A stretch of DNA of 64,000 nucleotides, from NCBI GenBank assembly GCA_963749105.1, contig CAVVLT010000005.1:160299-224298 (forward strand), read 5' to 3'. Every line of letters starts with the position of its first letter. Position 1 is the first letter of the stretch. The notes beneath the pieces were generated by a model, which did no database searches, had not been told where the DNA came from, and saw nothing but the letters and a program-made list of their open reading frames with translations. The position numbers and the translations under genes were made by a program. This document shows, piece by piece, positions 52,910-60,526 of this stretch. Source of the stretch: Bryobacterales bacterium (GTDB taxonomy: Bacteria; Acidobacteriota; Terriglobia; Bryobacterales; Bryobacteraceae).

Positions 52910-55622
52910 GCGTCCCCTCCGCTAACTGATGCCTATTCAAGGACATCAAAGTCCGTGTTTCGCCGTTCTGGACAATCACTGAGAATCGCCGCACTTTGAT
53001 ATCGGACATTTGCCGCAGCTCATTGCGTACTGTCATGGCGTATTGCGCTATGCTCCCCTGCTTGGCGGCGGCCGAGCTCAAACTCTTTTCGTGGCTGGCC
53101 ACAAGGCGAGCGCCTCCCGCCGCATACTCACGATCGTCGAAACCCGCAACGACGGACACATCGATGGCCGGGTCTCTCGTTGAGGTGCCGCGGAATTTCA
53201 GTGAAACTGCCGCGGGCCTGCCGTCCCGGTTCGCATCCCAACCAATGTCTTTAACAAACCTCCCCACTTGGCCGGTCTCCATCGTTTGCACCTCGACACC
53301 TCTCCAAGTAGCCGCCGTTTCGTTGACCGTTATGCGCCCAAATAGCGCCTTAACGCGAGATTCAGTGACCCTCCCAATAGACCGGAGCCATGATTCGCGG
53401 CCGTTCAGGTCTCTTTGCGCCAGTCCGTCCAAGCGCGCTTCGGGTTCCCCCGAGGTGCGCTCTCCCAGCAGCTCAGCCATACTCGTTAGCCTAGTTTCAC
53501 TGTTGCTCTCCAGCCCGATGCCAAGCGCACGAACGTGACTCTCCGGGGTATCGAAGAAAATGACCGCTCGTTCTCCCGCGCCTTTTCGGTCAGAGACCGA
53601 CTTCAAATAATCGCCTAATGAGGGCGTGTCGCGGATCTCGTAAACGATTACTGCCGGTGGCGGTTTCAGGTTTTGTTCAGTCGCGAAAGCAACTTCTTCC
53701 TGGTCGTGCGCAATAAAGATGCAGCAATCGTTCTTTTCCGCGATCGATCGTAGATCGTCCACAAATCCCTGCTTGTTCACATACGTCCGCTTCCCGATCC
53801 GTCCCGCCCATGTGGCGCGCTCGGCTGGCGAATTCGGTAGCTCCAGCGCGGCAAAACGCGTGCGCACCGGCGGCGGCGCACTCGAAGCAATTCTTGCCAG
53901 TTCATCCACGTCCCGTATCCGCTGGTGCTCCACCGCCCGCGCCAGCTCCGCTGCATGTGCTTCCACTTGCGACGCTTTAGCGGGGTTGTATTCCAATACG
54001 TAGCCCTTTTCCGATTCCTTCAGCGCGAAGCCGCTTACCGAGGCATTCGGCTTCAGTTCTAAAGCGCGGGCATCGATATTGTGACCTCCGATGGCCTCAA
54101 TATCATTGCGGTCCCAGGAAACGACAATCGACGGCGTTTTGATACAACCGGCAGGCTCGTAAACGTGCTTCTGGACAAATTCGTAGCGCACGTTTTCCAG
54201 GTCTCCATAAGCCATTGCGACTCTCCAAAGCAACTTCGACAGGCTGGTTATTGGATTTTGCTGCTTCTCTGCTGTCGCTAAGTCCTTATAAGTCGCTTCC
54301 AGTTCCTTACGGCGCTGAGCCAATTCTGCTCGCTTAAGGGCGATCGTGAGCTCACTCCCGTGTGGATTCGTGACCATTGCGTTGAAAAGCCTGACGTCGG
54401 CATCAAACTGATCGGTCTGCTTTTGCAGTTGGGCTTCCTGGCTCTCCAATTTAGCCGCTCTTGCTCTCTCAATGCGTGTTGCATCGTCGGAGAAGCGGTC
54501 TGCCAGAACGTTTGCAAGCTGTCGCGGCGATAGGCCCGGAAACGTCTGCCGCACTGCTTCCAACAGAGCCGTGAACTGCTGTTTCGTGGAAGGTTTGAGG
54601 CGAAGATTGCCAGATTCGATGTCGTTTAGCAGCCCATATGTGTACTCCGAACGAACTTGGGCTGCTTTCCGATTTGCAAGAACTCCCTCGCTGCTTGCCA
54701 TGCCGAGGTTTTTCGCCAGCGTGTTCTGCCCCCGGCTTTGCGTAATGGCGCGGCAAAACTGATAAAGCAGGGTGTACTGCACCACGCGTTCGAGGTTGGA
54801 GTCGCGGAGCTTGGCAAAGTACTTGTAGGCCGTCTCCTCCTCGGGCAGAAGCTTCCCGGCAGCCGTGTTATCAGACCCAAGCATGTCTGATCCATAAGTG
54901 ACGGGCAGAGCTCCTGTCTGACGCGACGTCAAAACTTTGCCTGACGTCCCCTCCACCACAACTGCGGAGCCTGAGGTGTTCCAGTTGAAGAGAACTTGCG
55001 TACTGCCGGTTTCTTTTTGAATAACCCTGCTGAGCGGCATAGCGCCAAATGGAAATGTTGCCGGTTTAGGGTAATTAAAGTAAAGGTACTCGGTGCTGCC
55101 TGCCTCCGACCACGATTTCAGCATCTGGTCGGTCGTGTTGAGCAGAGCGCCAAACTCAGAATCTATCAGCGGATCGCTCAAATAGATCGGAGCCCAGTCC
55201 TTACCCCGGTACTCACCTGCTGACAACCTGCCTGCGAATAAAGCCGTGCGCTCATAACTTTGCGACAGTTCATCTGACGACTGCGAGGCGACAAGCTGAA
55301 AAGTTTCAAATCGCAGGGGCGGAAGTTTAGACAAATCGTTCGTGCGTGGCCTGCCCACAATGGCCACTTGACCACCCGGAGAAACCAGCGCGCCAATCAG
55401 TGCGTCGCTCGCCACCGCAAAGCAGCGGAATGGTAGTCGCAGCGGCTCCAGCACCGTCGGATTCTCTTGCGCGCGAAGCAATAACGAAGACGGAAATGTC
55501 AGTAAAACCAGCGTCCGATCGCCTGTAACAAAAGCGCCCATCGTGTGCGACTTAGCAATGGCCGGCCACGTTGTGCTGCCCCCGGTGTTTCCATCCAAAG
55601 CGCTCCCAGGAATTCGTCGCAC
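52899..55622 (-). CDS. Large orphan protein (~880-907 aa) with a central coiled-coil
   Basis: Long uninterrupted ORF. The start is either GTG 55622 (71-nt overlap with the upstream gene) or ATG 55541 (10 nt after the upstream stop). Central heptad-like region (ERARAAKLESQEAQLQKQTDQFDADV...LKRAELAQRRKELEATYKDLATAEKQQ). No Walker, HExxH, nuclease or other motif recognised. Its stop overlaps the next gene's start by 11 nt. Confidence 0.6.
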   Translation of the reverse strand: MRRIPGSALDGNTGGSTTWPAIAKSHTMGAFVTGDRTLVLLTFPSSLLLRAQENPTVLEPLRLPFRCFAVASDALIGALVSPGGQVAIVGRPRTNDLSKLPPLRFETFQLVASQSSDELSQSYERTALFAGRLSAGEYRGKDWAPIYLSDPLIDSEFGALLNTTDQMLKSWSEAGSTEYLYFNYPKPATFPFGAMPLSRVIQKETGSTQVLFNWNTSGSAVVVEGTSGKVLTSRQTGALPVTYGSDMLGSDNTAAGKLLPEEETAYKYFAKLRDSNLERVVQYTLLYQFCRAITQSRGQNTLAKNLGMASSEGVLANRKAAQVRSEYTYGLLNDIESGNLRLKPSTKQQFTALLEAVRQTFPGLSPRQLANVLADRFSDDATRIERARAAKLESQEAQLQKQTDQFDADVRLFNAMVTNPHGSELTIALKRAELAQRRKELEATYKDLATAEKQQNPITSLSKLLWRVAMAYGDLENVRYEFVQKHVYEPAGCIKTPSIVVSWDRNDIEAIGGHNIDARALELKPNASVSGFALKESEKGYVLEYNPAKASQVEAHAAELARAVEHQRIRDVDELARIASSAPPPVRTRFAALELPNSPAERATWAGRIGKRTYVNKQGFVDDLRSIAEKNDCCIFIAHDQEEVAFATEQNLKPPPAVIVYEIRDTPSLGDYLKSVSDRKGAGERAVIFFDTPESHVRALGIGLESNSETRLTSMAELLGERTSGEPEARLDGLAQRDLNGRESWLRSIGRVTESRVKALFGRITVNETAATWRGVEVQTMETGQVGRFVKDIGWDANRDGRPAAVSLKFRGTSTRDPAIDVSVVAGFDDREYAAGGARLVASHEKSLSSAAAKQGSIAQYAMTVRNELRQMSDIKVRRFSVIVQNGETRTLMSLNRHQLAEGTLVR

Positions 55623-56238
55623 CGTCCATCCACTGCCGCACCTCGCGGGTGGTGACCTGTAGGTTTGGCGCTGCGACTGCCTTCAAGTTGAAATGGTTGT
55701 CCGCATCGATATCAAAGCCGCCGCCGAAAGTGGTGCCGAAAAGTGCCAGGTACAAAAAAGCGATCCGGTCTCGAAGTACCGGGTCTGACATTAGATTTCC
55801 CGCACTCGGCCAGCTGCGAACAGTCAATACGACATCCTCCAACCAGCCATCCACGCCCAATCTCCAGCGGAATCTGTTGAGCGCGACCAAGTCTTTTCCA
55901 AAAGCGGCTCTGATCAGACGGTCAAGCCGTCCTTTCGACATAACCGGAGCCGGTTCAGAGATGAAGATCGCCAACGTTCCGCCAGCAAGCGGCCGTCCCT
56001 CTATGGATTGGTATGGAAATGGATGATTCGACCGAAACTGCGTCCATGCTTGACAAGAAAGATCGCCAACAGGGCACGCATACTGATAGGCCGCCGCGGT
56101 AGAACGGTTCAACCAGTCCTGTTGCGAGGCAACGCTGGTTGCGCCTATGCACAAAGAAACTACAACCGACACCGCTAACCCGCGTAATTTTCGTCCCCGA
56201 TCGCCTCTGCTTTTGTACAAATTTGCTTTCACCAACAC
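55552..56238 (-). CDS. Hypothetical secreted protein, first gene of the orphan cassette
   Basis: GTG at 56238, 8 nt after a strong AAGGAGG, giving (M)LVKANLYKSRGDRGRKLRGLAVSVVVSLCIGATSVASQQ, a signal peptide. The tracked ATG at 56382 adds a leader with no Shine-Dalgarno. 228 aa. No family recognised. Confidence 0.55.
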   Translation of the reverse strand: MLVKANLYKSRGDRGRKLRGLAVSVVVSLCIGATSVASQQDWLNRSTAAAYQYACPVGDLSCQAWTQFRSNHPFPYQSIEGRPLAGGTLAIFISEPAPVMSKGRLDRLIRAAFGKDLVALNRFRWRLGVDGWLEDVVLTVRSWPSAGNLMSDPVLRDRIAFLYLALFGTTFGGGFDIDADNHFNLKAVAAPNLQVTTREVRQWMDGATNSWERFGWKHRGQHNVAGHC

Positions 56239-56431
56239 GACTAATGCCTCCTTCTCAGTCGCAAGCTGTGAAAATCCGAGCACGCAAATGTCCATCGAAT
56301 ACGGCAAACAACGCAAATTTAGTTTGCAAGCTGAACGGAGTGCCAAGAGCGCCATGCGCACAACGAAGCATGAAAGGAGCAAAAAGCGTGAACCAAAAGG
56401 ATAATTGCGACCGCTTTATGGTTAACGTATT

Positions 56432-56456
56432 TAAATCACTTAAAGGCAGTGATTTA
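56432..56456. other. Perfect 9-bp hairpin/palindrome in an AT-rich patch of the 440-nt divergent intergenic region
   Basis: TAAATCACT (56432-56440) / AGTGATTTA (56448-56456) with a 7-nt loop TAAAGGC. It lies between the cassette start (56238) and the sugar dehydrogenase start (56681). Function unknown; an operator or an RNA element are both possible. Confidence 0.3.
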
Positions 56457-56680
56457 TTGAGCGCTTCTGCTTGACGGGCCTCGTATGCCGTGCAAGTTGG
56501 CGGTTGGGGCAGCAACGTATCGGCGTGAACAATATGGTTTAGCCAGTGACGCACTGGGGCTTGGCTCTGGAGGACTGAGCCGTGCGGAATATACTAAGTT
56601 CGTGCGTAAGCAATGCGGTTAGCCCCTCAATACTGATCACTGCCTATCCGGAAGCCGCAATCCTTACCATCACTCATCTA

Positions 56681-58555
56681 ATGAAAACGAATCATTCAGC
56701 GCGCACAGCGGTCATGCCGATCGCCTTTTTGATCCTTGGATTGGGATTGGCGCAGGACGGCCCGGAGACGGTCACGCGAGGGACGAAACAATTCCGCAAG
56801 AGTGTGTTGGTATCCGGGCTTGCGGGCCCGTGGGAATTGACTTGGGGACCGGATAGCATGCTTTGGGTGACTGAGCGAACCGGCAAGCGGATTACGCGCA
56901 TCGATCCGGCTAGCGGCAAGGGCAGCGTCGCGATCACCATCGATGAGGTTTCCGCCCCCGGCGGCCAGGACGGTTTGCTGGGTATGGCACTACACCCGGA
57001 ACTGCTGGCAAATACTGGTAACAATTATGTCTATGCGGCCTACACTTACGTCGACCGAAACAAGGGAGCCAACCAGTTCTTCCCCGATCCCAACAGTCCG
57101 TATCGCTATCTCTATGGAAAGATCGTGCGTCTGAGTTATGACAAGACGAATGGCATACTCTCCAACCCCGTAGATCTGATTACGGGGTTACCGGTAGGCG
57201 ATGACCACGTCTCTGGACGTCTTAAGATCGGCCCTGATAGGAAGTTATATTTCACCGTCGGCGATGAAGGGCACAACCAGATGGGAAATTCCTGCTTGCC
57301 CATTGAATCTCAGCGCCTGCCGACCCAGCACGAGATTGATCGCAAGGTCTACGAGGCCTATGTGGGTAAATCGCTGCGACTGAACCTGGATGGCTCCATC
57401 CCTGCCGACAATCCGAAACTGGCCGGCGTTGTCAGCCATGTCTATACGTATGGTCACCGCAATATGCAAGGCATCGATTTCGGGCCGGAAGGAACACTCT
57501 ATGCTTCCGAACAGGGTCCAAAGACCGATGACGAGATCAATATTTTGAAGCCGGGCGCCAACTATGGTTGGCCCAATGTTGCGGGTATGAAGGACAACAA
57601 GGCCTACGAGTACGCTCGCTGGGCCGACTCCTCCACGCCCTGCTCACAACTGACTTACACTTTCAGCAACGACATTCCGCCGTCTGTGCCGCGTGACCCG
57701 GAATCGGCTTTCAAAAAGCCGTTCGAGGAGCCGATTGCCACTATGTTCACCGTGCCCACGGGCTTCAATTTCGAGGACCCGGCCTGTAAGGGTGTTGACT
57801 TCATCTGTTGGCCCACGGTGGCCGCTTCAAGCATCGAGTACTACGCCTCGCAAGGCAAAGGCATTCCAGGTTGGGACAAGGTTCTGCTGGTGACCACCCT
57901 GAAGCGCGGCTCGCTTTATGTGCTTCCGCTGACTGCCGACGGAAAGGCTGCAGCCGGTCACTTTTCGCGGTACTTTCAGAGCGAGAACCGTTATCGCGAT
58001 ACGGCGGTCAGTCCCGATGGCAGGACAATCTACATCGCTACCGATCCGGGAGGTCTTGCAGAAGGACTGAACGGCGGATTGGCTGAGAAGATGCAGAACC
58101 CCGGGGCCATTCTGGCATTTACTTACGTGGGCGAAGGGTCCGGTGCGCCGAGCAGCGTGGGCCCTACCGCCACCAGCCAAACGAGTGTCACCACCGGGCC
58201 TGCTGCGATCACCGGCGTCTCTGGGGATGAGCCGCCACAGTTCACCGCCGAACAGGCCATTGCGGGCAAAACGGCCTTTGATTCCAAGTGCGCGTCTTGC
58301 CACGGCAACACGCTTGCCAACGGCACGTTCGGCCCACCGTTGGCCGGCCCGTACTTTCGTAATAAATGGGTCGGTCAGACTGTTCGGGCATTTTACGATC
58401 ATTCGAAGACCATGCCGCCATCCGCTCCTGGTTCGCTGCCAGACGACACGTATGTGAACATCATGGCGTACGTGCTGAAGGTCAACGGGTTCAAGGCCGG
58501 CAATGCCAAACTGCCGGTCGATGGGGATGCGCTCGGCAAGATGACAATTCGCTAG
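56681..58555 (+). CDS. PQQ-dependent sugar (glucose/sorbosone) dehydrogenase beta-propeller fused to a C-terminal cytochrome c domain
   Basis: ATG at 56681 gives signal peptide MKTNHSARTAVMPIAFLILGLGLAQ. LWVTERTGKRITRID, HVSGRLKIGPDRKLYFTVGDEG and YGHRNMQGIDFGPEGTLYASEQGPKTDDEINILKPGANYGWP are sGDH-family signatures. C-terminal haem site CASCHGN. Confidence 0.88.
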   Translation: MKTNHSARTAVMPIAFLILGLGLAQDGPETVTRGTKQFRKSVLVSGLAGPWELTWGPDSMLWVTERTGKRITRIDPASGKGSVAITIDEVSAPGGQDGLLGMALHPELLANTGNNYVYAAYTYVDRNKGANQFFPDPNSPYRYLYGKIVRLSYDKTNGILSNPVDLITGLPVGDDHVSGRLKIGPDRKLYFTVGDEGHNQMGNSCLPIESQRLPTQHEIDRKVYEAYVGKSLRLNLDGSIPADNPKLAGVVSHVYTYGHRNMQGIDFGPEGTLYASEQGPKTDDEINILKPGANYGWPNVAGMKDNKAYEYARWADSSTPCSQLTYTFSNDIPPSVPRDPESAFKKPFEEPIATMFTVPTGFNFEDPACKGVDFICWPTVAASSIEYYASQGKGIPGWDKVLLVTTLKRGSLYVLPLTADGKAAAGHFSRYFQSENRYRDTAVSPDGRTIYIATDPGGLAEGLNGGLAEKMQNPGAILAFTYVGEGSGAPSSVGPTATSQTSVTTGPAAITGVSGDEPPQFTAEQAIAGKTAFDSKCASCHGNTLANGTFGPPLAGPYFRNKWVGQTVRAFYDHSKTMPPSAPGSLPDDTYVNIMAYVLKVNGFKAGNAKLPVDGDALGKMTIR

Positions 58556-58647
58556 CAGACAGGAGATGCCGTCCGCGACGCGGCGATTGGTTCCTCGATA
58601 CCCGAGAACTTCAGGCTGCCGCCGTTAGAGATGCGAATATTGTCAGA

Positions 58648-60354
58648 ATGATACTTCGGATACGCCATCGAAACTGTGCATTATTGCTGTTGCAGTGTGT
58701 TGCCGCCGTCAATGCAAGTGCTGCCGACAGTCTGACTCAGCTGAGTGAAAATTTCTGGGCGTGGCGCGCGCACGAACAGCCATTCAGTGAAGATGATATT
58801 CCTCGCCTTGAGCGGCCACCACAGCTGTCCATCGATTGGTCTATGACGACCATTCAGAAACGCCGTCACCAACTCACCGCCTTCGAACAACGCTGGAAGA
58901 ATCTCACGCCACTCACCGGCGCCTCCATCGCTGAAGAAGTCGACTATCGTCTGATCGGATCCGCGCTCGCTCGCGTACGTTGGGAATTCGATATTCAGAA
59001 GGCCTGGAAGCGAAATCCAGAATTCTATGTGGACCAGACATTGGGCGCGGCCTATATTCTGCTTCTGCCGCCTCCGCCATTTTCGGCCGAGCGGCTGAAG
59101 CAACTCATCGGCCGTTTCGAATCGGTACCTGCCACCCTGCGTGCTGCGGAAGAAAACCTGACCGACATGCGCAAGCCTTTTGCGCTTCTGGCGATCGAGT
59201 CACTCAAAGACTTGCCTGATCGAATGCAAACGATGCAGCGTGCGCTGGCCCCGCAATTGACCGACGAAGCTAACACAGCCTTGGCCAAAGCTTTGGTCGC
59301 CGCTGTTCCAGCGCTTACCCGATATCGTGCCTGGCTTCAGTCGCGGGTAGAGGCACTGCCCAAAGAAACCGCGATTGGCCGCGAGAACTATCTTTTCTTC
59401 TTGCGCAATGTTGCGTTGCTTCCTTACTCGCCGGAACAACTGCTTGCCATGAGTCGCCAGGAGTTGAGCCGTTCCTTTGCCTTTGAAACTTATGAACGCA
59501 ACCGCAATGCCGAGCTGCCCGCTTTGGCTCTGTTTCCTACACAAGCGGCGCAAATGGCCCAAGAAGCTGCCGACGAAGACGCCATCCGCGAGCTGCTCTC
59601 GAAGCAGCACTTACTCACCGTTCCCGGCTGGATGAAGCATTATCGCAATTTGCCGCTGCCGGATTACGTAGCTCCCTTTGAAGGTCTTGGCGTAACGGAC
59701 GATCTCACTGGACCGTCGCGGCTCGACCAGGACGCGACGAGTTATATCCGTGTGCCGAATCCGAATCTCGGATTCTTTGCTTTATCGACCGCGCGAGATC
59801 CAAGGCCCATCATCGTTCACGAAGGCGTTCCGGGACATTATTTTCAACTCGCCCTATCCTGGGCCAACCCCGATCCCATTCGCCGCCATTATTATGATTC
59901 CAGCGCCAACGAAGGGATTGGATTCTATGCCGAAGAGATGATGCTGCAAGCAGGACTTTTCGACGACAAGCCCAGAACGCGCGAAATCATCTACAGCTTC
60001 ATGCGTCTGCGCGCACTGCGGGTGGAAGCGGACGTAAAACTGGCGCTGGGGCTATTCACTCTCCAACAAGCCGCCGATTACTTGGCCGAAACAGTTCCCA
60101 TGGACCATGGCACCGCACTCGAGGAAGCCGCGCTCTTTGCTAGTTCGCCTGGTCAGGCCATTAGCTACCAGATCGGCAAAATTCAAATTACTCAGCTATT
60201 AGCCGATGCGCGCCGCTCACAAGGCGACAAATTTTCACTTCTTAAATTCAACGATTTTGTTTGGAGCAATGGGAACGTGCCCATCGCGCTACAACGCTGG
60301 CAAATGCTCGGCGACGCCCATGACATACCTGTCGCAATCGCCGCGCCAAAATGA
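58648..60354 (+). CDS. DUF885-family protein (putative metallopeptidase-like)
   Basis: ATG at 58648 gives signal peptide MILRIRHRNCALLLLQCVAAVNASA. HEGVPGHYFQ and the overall layout (FWAWRAHEQP..., PGQAISYQIGK) are typical of DUF885. The tracked 58366 start overlaps the previous gene. Confidence 0.8.
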   Translation: MILRIRHRNCALLLLQCVAAVNASAADSLTQLSENFWAWRAHEQPFSEDDIPRLERPPQLSIDWSMTTIQKRRHQLTAFEQRWKNLTPLTGASIAEEVDYRLIGSALARVRWEFDIQKAWKRNPEFYVDQTLGAAYILLLPPPPFSAERLKQLIGRFESVPATLRAAEENLTDMRKPFALLAIESLKDLPDRMQTMQRALAPQLTDEANTALAKALVAAVPALTRYRAWLQSRVEALPKETAIGRENYLFFLRNVALLPYSPEQLLAMSRQELSRSFAFETYERNRNAELPALALFPTQAAQMAQEAADEDAIRELLSKQHLLTVPGWMKHYRNLPLPDYVAPFEGLGVTDDLTGPSRLDQDATSYIRVPNPNLGFFALSTARDPRPIIVHEGVPGHYFQLALSWANPDPIRRHYYDSSANEGIGFYAEEMMLQAGLFDDKPRTREIIYSFMRLRALRVEADVKLALGLFTLQQAADYLAETVPMDHGTALEEAALFASSPGQAISYQIGKIQITQLLADARRSQGDKFSLLKFNDFVWSNGNVPIALQRWQMLGDAHDIPVAIAAPK

Positions 60355-60526
60355 GGCCGCCATTCGGTACCCAAAGACTTCCGCTGCAAGTGCTGCGCTA
60401 CTGACCCATCTGGAATGAGAAGACCTTTTTTGCTAGTTATTCTCCCCAGCGAGGATTACGAGGGAAACGGTGTCCTCCACCAAGCGATCTTACTAAGCGA
60501 GTAAGGAGAAGAATGGAATTACCTTT

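Noticed and set aside
55552-56238. The idea that the first cassette gene is a bacterial gasdermin activated by the adjacent CHAT-like protein.
   Set aside because: The size (~230 aa) fits. However, the protein starts with a classical cleavable signal peptide rather than a cytoplasmic N-terminus, and I see no similarity to gasdermin sequences that I can defend.
58366-58647. Upstream extension of the DUF885 ORF (tracked start 58366).
   Set aside because: It overlaps the cytochrome c domain of the sugar dehydrogenase in another frame and is Arg-rich. The signal peptide starts at ATG 58648.
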